Positions 44,977 through 56,152 of a stretch of DNA of 64,000 bases are shown here, in pieces. The stretch spans positions 558,001 through 622,000 of the forward strand of contig JBLDXI010000046.1 in the NCBI GenBank assembly GCA_047495785.1, in the 5' to 3' direction. Under the pieces are notes generated by a model. The model was not told where the DNA came from. It made no database searches and was given only the letters and a program-made list of their open reading frames with translations. Numbering within the stretch: the first letter of the stretch is position 1; each line of letters opens with the position of its first letter. This stretch comes from Lepidodermella squamata (Eukaryota > Animalia > Gastrotricha). Position numbers and translations under genes: made by a program.

Positions 44977-47900
44977 ATGGAAGCTGCTGAACTCCAAGCT
45001 CAGTTGGCCAATCTGCAAGGTCAAAATGTTATGATCAACCATCGACTCGACGCCTTTACCGATCAATTTGCTCAGCTCTGTACAGCCGTCAATGCTCTTC
45101 GAAGTTCTGCTGCGTCGAATCCTGTATCTCAAGTTGCACCAGTTCCACCAGTGACGAGCCAACCAAATGCCCTGAGAGCTAAAATTCCAAGTCGGTATGC
45201 AGGCGATCGGTCTCAGTTTCGTTCTTTCGTAACTCAGTGCCAGATTTATTTGCGTCTGAATGGGGCCTATTTCCAGGACGATTCAGCAAAAGTCGCATTC
45301 ATTTGCACGCTACTTGATGGCACAGCTCGCGATTGGGTCACACCTTATGCCGAGTCAAACAGTAGTGTCATGGGTGATTTCCAGGCCTTTCTGACTGCTT
45401 TCAAAGCAGCTTTCGATGACCCGAACCGTACGAGAACCGCCGAGTTGACGCTTCAGCGGCTCAAACAAGGAAATCGTTCGGTTGCCGTATATGCTGCCGA
45501 ATTTCAGCGTCTGGCACACGATGTAACGTGGAATGACTCCGCGCTCACGCATCAATTCCGCTTCGGCCTTTCGGAAGAGATCAAGGACGAACTTGCTCGG
45601 GCGGAGTATCCTTCCAACTTACAAGATCTGATTAACCTTACGAATCGGATTGACGCTAGGCTCACGGAGCGAAAGCTGGAGAGAAGACATCAATCCGTTT
45701 ACCGAGGCTCTCCGTTGTATTTTCCTGCGACTACTGCTCAAGCTTCTAGTTCGTCAGCAGCTCCACAACCGCAAAACGAACCCGAACCTATGCAAGTTGA
45801 CGTGGTTCGAAAGCCGTTGACTCAGGCCGAACGCGAGTACCGCCGTCGAAATGGTCTTTGCTTGTATTGTGGTCAGCAAGGTCATGTGATCCGCAGTTGC
45901 CCTTCTCGACCTGCTACAACCCGTGCACGAAAAATAAACAATATACAGCATGATTTGTGCAATACCGATGATGAAATAAAAAATGGTGAATTGTACTCGC
46001 GTCCATCTCCTTTTCTATTGAGGTCTGCTATCAAGTCCCCGAGTGACGATCTCGCTTTCATCGCGATAGCTATGGTCGACTGTGGTGCGGATGGTAACTT
46101 CATGGATATAAAGTTCGCCAAAGATCACGATATCCCGTTCATTGAAAAGACGAAACCGACCCCCGTCAGTGGCGTTGATGGCAAATCGCTCAAGTCTGGG
46201 CCAATAACCCACAAAACTGCTAATCTCCAGTTCGAAGTCTACGGCCACACTGAGACTATTGCTTTTGAGCTCATCGACAGCCCTCACTACCCCGTCATTC
46301 TCGGAATGCCGTGGCTTAAGCTTCATGACCCATCCATCCAGTGGTCCAGTGAATCAATCGTGTTCAACTCGCCACTGTGTAAGAAGCATCACAACACGGA
46401 ATTTCAAAGTCACTTCATAGCCGAAATCAGCAAAACAACAGATATTGAAGATCCTCTGCACTCCCTACCTTCAAAGTACCGCGACTTCGCAGATGTATTC
46501 AGCGAAAGGGAGGCCGACAAGTTACCTCCCCACCGACCCTACGACTGCCCGATTGATCTTGAACCCGGAGAAACGCCGCCCTTTGGTCCGATCTACAGCC
46601 TTTCAGAAGTTGAGCTTGAAGCATTGAAGAAATACATTGGGGAGAACCTCGAAAAAGGGTTTATCCGTCCATCGAAGTCCTCCGCGGGATCACCGATCCT
46701 TTTTGTGAAGAAAAAAGATGGTTCTCTACGCCTATGTGTTGACTATCGCGGCCTTAACAAGATTACGAAGAAGAATCGATATCCACTTCCGTTAATTCCT
46801 GAACTACTTGATCGGCTTCGTCAAGCGAAGATTTTTACCAAGTTGGATCTCCGGGGTGCCTACAATTTGCTCCGAATTCGCGCTGGTGATGAGTGGAAAA
46901 CAGCGTTCCGGACAAGGTATGGCCTATTTGAATATCTGGTAATGCCCTTCGGATTGTCCAACGCCCCGGCGGCATTTCAACACTTCATGAACGACATCTT
47001 CCGTGACATGCTGGATGTTTGCGTCGTTATCTACCTCGACGACATACTCATCTTCAGCGATGATCCTAGCAAACACGATGAGAACGTTAGAGAAGTCCTC
47101 CGTCGCCTAAGGAAGTATCGCCTGTTTTCCAAATTGTCAAAATGCGAATTCGACGTCAGCAGAGTAGAATTCCTCGGCTTCGTAATAACTACGGATGGTG
47201 TCGCTATGGACGAGAAAAAGGTGGCCTGTATCCGCGATTGGAAACGACCAACATCCGTCAAAGACATTCAGTGCTTCATGGGTTTCGCAAACTTTTATCG
47301 ACGATTCGTCGCGAACTTTGCTAAAATCGCCCACCCGATCAATCGCCTTCTAAAGAAGGACGCACCATTCCACTGGGACGATAGCGCCGAAAAAGCCTTC
47401 ATCACGCTCAAGGAAAAGTTCACCTCGGCTCCTGTTTTGGTACACCCGAATCCAGATTTGCCATTCGTTGTCGAAACGGATTGCTCGAATTTTGCCCTTG
47501 GTAGCATCCTATCTCAAGTTCATACCGATGGTCGTTTACATCCATGCGCTTATTATTCTCGAAGTCTGACCGACACCGAACGAAACTACGATATTCACGA
47601 TAAGGAGCTGCTAGCTGTCAAAGTGGCTTTCGAGGAATGGCGACACTATCTCGAAGGTGCCCGTCACAAAATTACGGTCTATTGCGATCACAAGAACCTG
47701 GAATACTTCATGAGCCAGAGAAAAATCCTCAGCCAACGTCAGGCCCGCTGGGCGAACTTCTTCTCTCGATTCGACTTCCTACTCACGTACCGGCCTGGCA
47801 GCAAAGGAGGTAAACCTGATGCTTTATCCAGAAGATCCGAGTATCGCGGAACCGCCGGAAACGACGACTACGAAGCCTCATCCGTACTTACACCTGCTAA

Positions 47901-49392
47901 TTTCCAGGTAATGGCGCTCAAATCATTCTCTTGGTCAAGCCAATTTTCCGAGGACATCAAAGACGCCTTAGTTTCCGACCAGTTTGCTCAGTCTGTTTTC
48001 GAGTCTTTGAGAAGTAGGAAACAGGAGCCAAAGTTCGAGCAGTTTTCCGAGCAAAACGGCCTGTTACTTTTCAAGAACTTGATCTACGTACCTGAAAATC
48101 TGCGGCTCAGGGTTCTACAACTCCGCCATGACGCGAAGATTGCAGGACATTTTGGCTTCCGCAAGACTATGGAACTCGTCTCAAGAGATTATTGGTGGCC
48201 AAAGCAACGACAGTTCGTTCATGATTTTGTCAAGACCTGCGATACTTGCAAACGAGCAAAGGCCCCACGCCACTTACCTTATGGGAATCTGGAACCCTTA
48301 CCGACTCCAGATCGAGCATGGTCTTCTATCTCCATGGACTTCATCACTGAACTACCTCTGTCCAATGGGAACACAGTTATCCTGAACATTGTCGACCGCC
48401 TCACAAAGATGGCGCATTTTATTGCACTTCCAAAGTTACCGACCGCCGAAGAAACAGCAGCAGTGTTCCTCAGAGAAATTGTCCGGTTACATGGCGTACC
48501 TGACTCAACCGTCACAGATCGAGGCTCACAATTCGCGTCGAAATTCTGGAAAAGATTTTTCGAATTGTTGGGTACTGATGTGAAACTTTCCACTGCAAAT
48601 CACCCCGAAACAGACGGTCAGACGGAGCGTGTCAATCAAGTTCTAGAACAATATCTCCGTTGTTTCACGTGTTATCAGCAAGATGATTGGGCTGATCTGC
48701 TGCCCGTTGCCGAATTTTGCTACAACAACTCGTTGCACGCGTCAACCAACTGCTCTCCTTTTATGGCTAATTACGGTTTCCAGCCTAAGTTCGATCCGTC
48801 AACTCCGAGCTCAAGTGAAGTCCCTCGTGCTGAACTCCGGGTTAAGGACCTCTCCGAGCTGAAGGAGACTCTTGTGAAGGTACTTGACGCTGCAAAAGAA
48901 GCGTACAAAAAATATGCCGATCTAAAGCGACAGCCAGGTCCTGTTTTCGCCAAAGAAGATCTTGTTTGGCTGTCTGCGAAGCACGTCTCCACAAATCGAC
49001 CCAGCAAAAAGCTTGATTACAAGCGACTTGGTCCTTTCAAAATTATTGAGAAGATCAGCGATTCTGTTTACCGACTTCAGCTACCTTCGACCCTGAAAAT
49101 CCATCCAGTGTTTCATGTTTCTCTTCTCGAGCCTTACACTGAAAATCCTATCCCTGGTCGAGTTCAACCGCCTCCGCCACCAATCCAATCCGAGGAAGGG
49201 GAGGAATTTGAAGTTGAAGCTATTCTCGACTCGAAGTTGGAACGAGGTATCTTGAAATATCTCGTTGATTGGAAAGGCTATGGCCCTATAACGGAGTTGG
49301 GAACCAGTTTCAAACCTAAATTGCCCAGATCTACATGCCGAGTTTCATGCCAAGTACCCCGACAAGCCGAAAAATCAAGCTGCGACGTCTAG
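44977..49392 (+). CDS. Single Gag-Pol polyprotein (Gag, CCHC, PR, RT, RNase H, IN, chromodomain)
   Basis: CLYCGQQGHVIRSC, AMVDCGA, YLDD, ETDCSNFALG, GHFG/CDTC, DRGSQF, GQTERVN, LGPFKI, FEVEAILD..YLVDWKGY. Confidence 0.97.
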   Translation: MEAAELQAQLANLQGQNVMINHRLDAFTDQFAQLCTAVNALRSSAASNPVSQVAPVPPVTSQPNALRAKIPSRYAGDRSQFRSFVTQCQIYLRLNGAYFQDDSAKVAFICTLLDGTARDWVTPYAESNSSVMGDFQAFLTAFKAAFDDPNRTRTAELTLQRLKQGNRSVAVYAAEFQRLAHDVTWNDSALTHQFRFGLSEEIKDELARAEYPSNLQDLINLTNRIDARLTERKLERRHQSVYRGSPLYFPATTAQASSSSAAPQPQNEPEPMQVDVVRKPLTQAEREYRRRNGLCLYCGQQGHVIRSCPSRPATTRARKINNIQHDLCNTDDEIKNGELYSRPSPFLLRSAIKSPSDDLAFIAIAMVDCGADGNFMDIKFAKDHDIPFIEKTKPTPVSGVDGKSLKSGPITHKTANLQFEVYGHTETIAFELIDSPHYPVILGMPWLKLHDPSIQWSSESIVFNSPLCKKHHNTEFQSHFIAEISKTTDIEDPLHSLPSKYRDFADVFSEREADKLPPHRPYDCPIDLEPGETPPFGPIYSLSEVELEALKKYIGENLEKGFIRPSKSSAGSPILFVKKKDGSLRLCVDYRGLNKITKKNRYPLPLIPELLDRLRQAKIFTKLDLRGAYNLLRIRAGDEWKTAFRTRYGLFEYLVMPFGLSNAPAAFQHFMNDIFRDMLDVCVVIYLDDILIFSDDPSKHDENVREVLRRLRKYRLFSKLSKCEFDVSRVEFLGFVITTDGVAMDEKKVACIRDWKRPTSVKDIQCFMGFANFYRRFVANFAKIAHPINRLLKKDAPFHWDDSAEKAFITLKEKFTSAPVLVHPNPDLPFVVETDCSNFALGSILSQVHTDGRLHPCAYYSRSLTDTERNYDIHDKELLAVKVAFEEWRHYLEGARHKITVYCDHKNLEYFMSQRKILSQRQARWANFFSRFDFLLTYRPGSKGGKPDALSRRSEYRGTAGNDDYEASSVLTPANFQVMALKSFSWSSQFSEDIKDALVSDQFAQSVFESLRSRKQEPKFEQFSEQNGLLLFKNLIYVPENLRLRVLQLRHDAKIAGHFGFRKTMELVSRDYWWPKQRQFVHDFVKTCDTCKRAKAPRHLPYGNLEPLPTPDRAWSSISMDFITELPLSNGNTVILNIVDRLTKMAHFIALPKLPTAEETAAVFLREIVRLHGVPDSTVTDRGSQFASKFWKRFFELLGTDVKLSTANHPETDGQTERVNQVLEQYLRCFTCYQQDDWADLLPVAEFCYNNSLHASTNCSPFMANYGFQPKFDPSTPSSSEVPRAELRVKDLSELKETLVKVLDAAKEAYKKYADLKRQPGPVFAKEDLVWLSAKHVSTNRPSKKLDYKRLGPFKIIEKISDSVYRLQLPSTLKIHPVFHVSLLEPYTENPIPGRVQPPPPPIQSEEGEEFEVEAILDSKLERGILKYLVDWKGYGPITELGTSFKPKLPRSTCRVSCQVPRQAEKSSCDV

Positions 49393-49417
49393 AATCCGTC
49401 GGCTACGAGGGGGGTGA

Positions 49418-49641
49418 TGTCAGGATCTAGAACATTCTATGTTCTGGAACCTTCCATGCTCTGGAACCTTCCATGCTCTGGAACCTTCCTGTTCTGGAAC
49501 CTTCTATGTTCCAGATTATTCCATGGACATATATAAACATCTTTGTTTCTGTATTGATTTAGTTTGTATTATTAAATATTCTCGTTATCAATAAAGGCAA
49601 TACCTGGCAAATAGCTTCTTGTTTTCACTCCGCTCCTTACA
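49418..49641 (+). repeat. 3' LTR (224 bp)
   Basis: Differs from the 5' LTR by one extra 16-nt repeat unit and one C/T substitution, by eye. Confidence 0.95.
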
Positions 49642-51207
49642 ATTGAACGTGACGGAGGACCGACTTAGTAAGGCTAATTTGACCCTAGCTAGGTATCCTG
49701 CAGAAGTCATGAAGATCGCGAATGAGTCATTTGTGGGACAAAAAGTAACAGGGCTAAGAATAGGCAGCATCGGTTATAACGAACTCGGTCTTATTGACGA
49801 TATTCTGACCATAGCCAACTGGAACAAACGAGATGGTTTCCAAACTATTTTCTCTATCAAGGAAGTCAGTGAAGGAACATCGAATCGATTCGAATTGGTC
49901 AGAGTGCAACCTTTCGATTGGATGGCGTGGGGTGGAAGAATTCCAAGAGATTCTAGCCCGAACCTGAGAGAAGTCTCAGAAGTTCCAGCCCCTTTTTTCA
50001 TTACCATTTGTAGCATCGGTTCAATTGGGATGTTGATAACCTTGATTTTTGGGATAAGGAATGGATTTAAAAGAAGTCTGCAGATAACAACTAATATCGG
50101 GCTTCTCTTCTGTTATGCAGCTGCGATCGCGTTCTCGCATCAAACTCACGTCTCGCCATTTTGGGTAACAATCTGGAGAATCGTCCTGCCATTTATCGGC
50201 CTCTCTTTAGTAAATGGGTACACAGCTGTCAGTTTCCTTGCCCCGAGAAGGATAATGAAGAGGAGATCGACAGCTCCGTTATCCTGGATATCATCGAAAT
50301 CTGTGGAAATTCGTGCATTGCGAAGGCATGGAAAGAAAAAGTATAAAAATCTGGCGATAGTATTTTGCTGTATACTTGTCTCAGTTGCGATTATCGCTTG
50401 GTTAATACTCGACCCACCTCAATGCTGGAACACTTCTTCAGAGCCCGTTTACGATGGAAACCGAGATGTTTTAGTGACATCGGTTGTCTTCTCTTGCATC
50501 TCATCAACCTGGAACGTGTTGATCGTTGCTTTGATGAGTGCACAAATTTTTCTCCTGGCCGTTGGAATCTATGGATTTCTCATTATAAAAAGCCGCCGTT
50601 GGACTATTGAGAAAAACGCATTCCTTACGTTCAACTTGGTGAATTCAGTTGCTTTACTGCTGGGGACCAGCCTGATTGCTATAACTCTTCGCGGCCAAAT
50701 CAATCAGCAAATGACAATAGCCATAGGTCTGCTTGTCTTTGCCATTTCGACGGAATCTGCTTCGTTATACTCTCAATTTCGCGATCTATAAGCCCCTAGG
50801 ATATGTGTGTTAATCGGAAACCTCAAGCTAGTCCATTGAGACAAAATTTGTTTCGAAACAGCGACTAATTTTGACTGCAACCTATTTATTTGTTGTCAAT
50901 TCATTCCAATACCACTCGATATTTTTTCGGGATTTCTCGCTCACGCGCTAACGTAACAGTTTTCCTGTTAAAATTTTCTGGTTGTTTGCCACATTTTCAA
51001 TTCTTTACCGTAATAAAACACTTTTTTATCGTTTTCTAACTGTGGATAATTTTCTTTAATTGTTTGCTGTCGGGATAGGGCCGCATTGATCCGTGGTCGA
51101 CCGAGCTCGGTGCGAAGGTTGAGTAAATAAAGATTTCTCAAAGTTTTCAAATTGTTTACCCAGCTAGCCTAATAAATCCTTTTCCCTCGCGCTATTCAGT
51201 TCGCAAA

Positions 51208-52524
51208 ATGTTAGCAATATGGATTGCTTTTCTGAGCCTCAGTTGCTTACAACCGGCCAGCAGTGACTGGAGGCACCCTAATCGGGCTAGCCCGGACAGC
51301 GACAGTTTCGAAGATGTGATCCGAGCCAATCGACGCCAAATCCCTCAAAACAATCTTATAAACATCACTGATTCGATAAATCTTCCGTAAGTTTCATCAT
51401 TATCCAAAAGAAAAGGCAAAGATCAAAGTTTTCAGAGTCGTCAAATGCTTCTTGATCGTCGAGGGTGAATTCAACTACGACGACGCTTTCGGAGCTTGCG
51501 CGTCGCGAAATGTCACCCTGGCAACACTGACAAGTTTGAGCGAGGACAATTTCATTCGGAAAGCTATTGATTGGAGCAAGATTTACGGCTACCAAGAAGA
51601 TAAGTTCTGGGTAGGCCAGTTGTGGCTGGGAGCTAAGCGCAATATAACCGGAGCGTGGGGTGAGTACTACTGGAACACAACTAACAAACCGATTCCTTTC
51701 GAGGGTCCCTTGGCTTATACCCCAAGTGCTCAGTTCCGAGGTTGTCTGCAAATGAGAGTAAGAGTCATGTTCTCGATGATTTGGAAACCCCAAGTAATCA
51801 TGATGTATTTTTAGAGTGATGAATGGAGGGCTCAGAGGTGCGATGCTTTGGACGTTAACAACCCTGCAACTAAGTACCCAGGTGGGGCTATCTGCGAGGC
51901 TGTAACCTATTTCAACCCACCAAGATCTCGAGTTGCTACGGCAGACAACTATTGCGATATAGTAAGTAGATTCAAGTTAATATCCGCCTTAACTGTAGTA
52001 ATTTTTAGTTCTTGGAACCGATTGGACACGCCGTAGCCCTTCCATTGATGGCGAAGAAATCATATTTTCTGATAAGAGGGAATTTCACCTGGCAACAGGC
52101 ATCAGTGGCTTGTGCTTCGAACGACGCTCAACTTGCGTGCATTCGAAGCGATGACGAGACCGCTCATGTTCTCAAATACATAAGTTTGCTGAGAAATTGT
52201 CTGCCCTGGTTTAGAAATGACTCATAATATTACCTCATAGATTTGAAGTCGGTGAATAATCGAGCTTGGATCGGTCTCAAGCGTGGTTTGTTCGATTACG
52301 GCGACTTTTACTGGATGGACAACGTGCGAGAGCCTAATACGTACAATGGCTTCTTACCAGGCAAGCCACTCTTTGGGGCTTGTGTAGCTATGTGGCGCGC
52401 CATTCAGTCGGATCGCTATGGCTGGAACGATTTACCATGTACGGCAACATTCGACCCGAGCGAGCCGTTACGCGAACGTGGATCCGGAATAAGCGCATTA
52501 TGCGAACGCACGAAATTTTACTAG
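51208..52524 (+). CDS. Secreted protein with two C-type lectin domains, multi-exon
   Basis: Signal peptide; FNYDDAFGAC..LATL, LWLGAKR, AICE; FTWQQASVAC, AWIGLKR, WNDLPC, ALCE. Short GT-AG introns. Confidence 0.85.
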
Positions 52525-53800
52525 AAATCATCTTGAGGTCAAATTTCGTCCAACTTTTACAGGCAAAATGACATGAAAACTAGGGTAAAAAATGCATCGC
52601 TTGTCCAGTTCCAAGTTCAAATAAATCTAGATCGGTCTTAGCCTTAGTTTTCAGTACAAAGACAGGCGTTTTGCTCTTGCTGTGAAACTCGAGCTGCTAA
52701 TGCTCAGAATGCGGAAAGTTTCTCTTCTCAAGCTCGGCTAGGGGACTACCGAACTTTTCTATCCGGAAATTGTCTAAACTGGACCACTTTGCGTAGCTCG
52801 ATGTCTTGGATTTCACTTGTTAGCTTTATGAATCAAACCGGTCTGTCTCAACCTAACTGTTTTTAGTCCGGGGATAGGTCAAATTTTGGAGAAAAATGAA
52901 AGCACCCGCAGACAAAAGAGATACCTCAATATTTATCACGCTAATCCTGTGGGACCTAATAGAATATAAGGTCTTTGTAGTTCAATTATGAAGACGTATG
53001 AACTTATTGATAGCCGGAAATGAATTAGAAGCACGTCTAAATAAAGGTTATGTTATTTTTCCTGATCTGCATAACATATTCCAGGCTAAATTGTTGAGGC
53101 CGGTTTGGACAAATCTCCGACAAGCGACATCCTGTTGATCAGCCATTGTTCTCATGAGAGTAAGAAAAAGGATGCCTGCTGCTAGCTGTGGTCTTGGTTT
53201 GAAACAGTCAAGACTTATGACTAATATCTGAGACAAAATCTTGGTTGAAAGGAATCAAAATCTGAGGCTGCTGTGAATCTTCTATTTCCAGCTTCAAAAT
53301 ATGAACGAAACCTTTCGAGATCGACCTGAACGATTCGCTACGTCTGTGGGAAACTCGCCACCGAAATGCGTAGAAGATTAGACAGCTTTTGACCACTTTC
53401 AACAGCTCGAAAACGCGGATGCGACAAAATGTCACTGACATAGAGAATAGAATTACCTATTCTCTGTGATCACCGAAATAGTTCACTTCCGATGAATACG
53501 ACTTTGCATATTGTCGGATGAATAACGCTTGAATTGTTCCCGTAGGAGGTGATCAAATTATGAAGAAATTAGACGTTCGCTCTGCCAACCATTATCAGCG
53601 TATCATCAGACATATAGTCATCGTAGATCCTCTATAGCCTTTTCCTGATCCTGACGTCTACTATCCCTTTAGCAGGAAATAAATAAGCGCGACCCGAACC
53701 TGTCGCTTAATGCATATCCGGAATGCTAGGAGAATTCGAGTCGCCAGTCACTACATAAGGTTTCCCAGTATTACCGCACACCTCAGTACGCGATTCTCAA

Positions 53801-56152
53801 ATGATTTCATCTATCCACATTCTCCTTTTCGTGCCTTTTCTCGCCGGCGTGAATGGTTTTAAACCTCGAAAGCTCGATTACTTAGTTTTTGTCACATTCA
53901 CTGGAAATGAACCGAGGGATGGCCAGGTCTGTAGAGCAGCGAGTCAAGTAGCTTTCAACGAAGCCAATTCTCGAAGCAATATTCTAACGAATTACGAACT
54001 TGTCCCACATTTCAAAGACGAAGGGATGAGTTCTTTGAATGTAGTAACGAACACTCTGCTGTTTCAACGCTTAGCCGAACAAAGGAATAGAACGATCTCG
54101 CCAATATTCGCAGGCCCTAACTTCTCGAATGGCTGTATAACCCTAGCAAGGACCCTGCACCACATAGACATGGCGCATGTTGCGACGGGTTGTACGGCTA
54201 TCCCGCTGTCGGGTATGAGAGATTTGTACCCGAATCTATACCACGGTCGTATGACGTCAGACGCCTTGGTCTACTCCCGGCTTCATTTCGTCAAGAAAAT
54301 TGGTGGCTGGGATAAAGCTGCGATCCTTTCAAGCGCGATGAGTTTCCGCGATGTCACTGCTTCAATCTTGATGGATCAAATATTGGCTCAACACAATGTT
54401 TCTGTCCCTTGGTTCGATTCAAGCCTAGACTTCGATGATTCTATTATCACGTCTCTGCTAAAAAGCGATTTGCGAGTCATTCTCCTCGAATTCACAGTGA
54501 TTGATCCATTACTAAAATTCTTTTGCGCCTCATATCGCAACGGAATGACAGGGGCTCGGTATGTCTTTGTCCCACATCCTAATGCCCTCTTCGACCCAAC
54601 CCGGAAACTTCCCATACTACCACCTGGCTGCGATAGGTCGGTGATCATAGAACAAATGAAGTATACAATGTGGGTCGGAACCTTACTCATGTCGACTACA
54701 AACAATGGCCCAACCTCGTTTGGTTATGACAATATCGAATTCGGGAGAAGGTTGAATCAGCTGGTTGATTCGAGTGTTCTCGCTGATTATACATTGGGAG
54801 ATTTGTGCCATGACGTCACTTTACAGGGGATTTTAGCTCTAAACGCTTCTATACCTGAACTGTCAAAACGAAATTTGACCCTTGAGGATTATTCTACAAA
54901 TTCGACGGAAATTATGAGAATTCTAAGGAAAAACTTAGATGATAGTGACTTTTACGGGCTGAGGTTCGGTCGGCAGAAATATTCAGCTAGAATCGAACCA
55001 GACAACGAGCCTCAGGCTGTCTATCAATGGTTGCCCGATCAGGGTTTTATTCTTGTTGCTAGAATCGACCATGATATCAATCGAATGTGGAACGACTCAG
55101 ATAGTTATACAGTGGAAATAACGGCCAATATTACTTGGAGGCAATGGCCGCCGAAATCCCACCCAGAAATTCAGGTTGAAAACTTGACCCAGCCTATTTC
55201 CTACATAAGATTTGTCGAAATCGCTGCCTCGGTACTAACCATCCTGCCCTTCTGCGCCAAGTTACGAAAAGATTCATTGGACTTGGATAGAGTGACTACA
55301 GCATCGATTTTCACCGGTTGTATCCTACTGAATCTATTGGCGATTCTCTTCGCAGAAATGAACGCAATCGCTGTTCTATACGGCGACTACTGCCTGCTAA
55401 GGAGCGCTGTTGCAATGATAGGCTTATGTCTGCTAAACGGAGGGTTGTTGGTCCGAATGTCCCACCATTACCTCGAAGCTGTGTCCCGGCCATTACCAGC
55501 CGGCCCACGAATGATGCGTTGTCCTTCTCCGAAGCTGCGTTCAACTCGGTCTCTAAAATATGCTAAGAGCCTACCATTATCAAGGATTGCCTCATCAAGA
55601 CCCGCCGACAAGCCTGGATTCAGCAAATTCCACACGTGGGTTGGGTTCATATCATTCATCGCTGCAATTACCATTTTGACGATTATATGGCTGAGTTTGG
55701 ATGGTCAGAAACTGCGATTTCTATCAACAGGGCCGATTTACGATTCTGTATCCGACCGGTATGTCAACTTCATCAATCTTTCATGCCGATCTCGTCACGA
55801 TGTCATATGGATTTCAATCGCTACAACTCTCCATTTGCTAGTTAGCTGCTTTTGCGTACTGACAGCCTTTCGTAGCAGAGACAGGCTTAAAGCAGGAATC
55901 GCTCAAGAGCTAAAGATGACACTGGGCTGTAAAATCAATTCCGACGCCCTATTAATAGTTGGATTGTCGCTCGTTTTCATCATGTCAGAAAATCCTGTTG
56001 GACAGAACATTTTATGCAGCTTCCTATCTCTCGCTGTTTCTGCAAATTCAATCTTATTCGTGAAGTTCGCGAAAGCCTCAACATACAAACCATCAAGCTT
56101 TGATCAGGGGAAAAGCGCATCTCCTTTAGTACTAACAACATTTCATCCGTAG
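53801..56152 (+). CDS. Intronless class C GPCR-like receptor (GABA-B-like), divergent copy 3
   Basis: 783-aa ORF: signal peptide, ANSRSNILTNYEL, YPNLY, GWDKAAIL, seven TM segments. Confidence 0.85.
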   Translation: MISSIHILLFVPFLAGVNGFKPRKLDYLVFVTFTGNEPRDGQVCRAASQVAFNEANSRSNILTNYELVPHFKDEGMSSLNVVTNTLLFQRLAEQRNRTISPIFAGPNFSNGCITLARTLHHIDMAHVATGCTAIPLSGMRDLYPNLYHGRMTSDALVYSRLHFVKKIGGWDKAAILSSAMSFRDVTASILMDQILAQHNVSVPWFDSSLDFDDSIITSLLKSDLRVILLEFTVIDPLLKFFCASYRNGMTGARYVFVPHPNALFDPTRKLPILPPGCDRSVIIEQMKYTMWVGTLLMSTTNNGPTSFGYDNIEFGRRLNQLVDSSVLADYTLGDLCHDVTLQGILALNASIPELSKRNLTLEDYSTNSTEIMRILRKNLDDSDFYGLRFGRQKYSARIEPDNEPQAVYQWLPDQGFILVARIDHDINRMWNDSDSYTVEITANITWRQWPPKSHPEIQVENLTQPISYIRFVEIAASVLTILPFCAKLRKDSLDLDRVTTASIFTGCILLNLLAILFAEMNAIAVLYGDYCLLRSAVAMIGLCLLNGGLLVRMSHHYLEAVSRPLPAGPRMMRCPSPKLRSTRSLKYAKSLPLSRIASSRPADKPGFSKFHTWVGFISFIAAITILTIIWLSLDGQKLRFLSTGPIYDSVSDRYVNFINLSCRSRHDVIWISIATTLHLLVSCFCVLTAFRSRDRLKAGIAQELKMTLGCKINSDALLIVGLSLVFIMSENPVGQNILCSFLSLAVSANSILFVKFAKASTYKPSSFDQGKSASPLVLTTFHP

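Larger units (their letters stand above)
44704..49641 (+). mobile_element. Ty3/Gypsy chromovirus LTR retrotransposon (Tf1/sushi-like), full length
   Basis: TG...CA LTRs at 44704-44911 and 49418-49641. 4-bp TSD ATTG (44700-03, 49642-45). Polypurine tract GAGGGGGGTGA at 49407-49417. Non-tRNA PBS. Confidence 0.97.
43702..50791 (+). pseudogene. Class C GPCR copy 2, frameshifted and interrupted by an LTR retrotransposon
   Basis: Paralogous to 6617-8824 throughout. Frameshifts near 43830, 44255 (A-run) and 44640. The empty site reads MITLGL|NVTEDRL as in copy 1. Confidence 0.9.
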
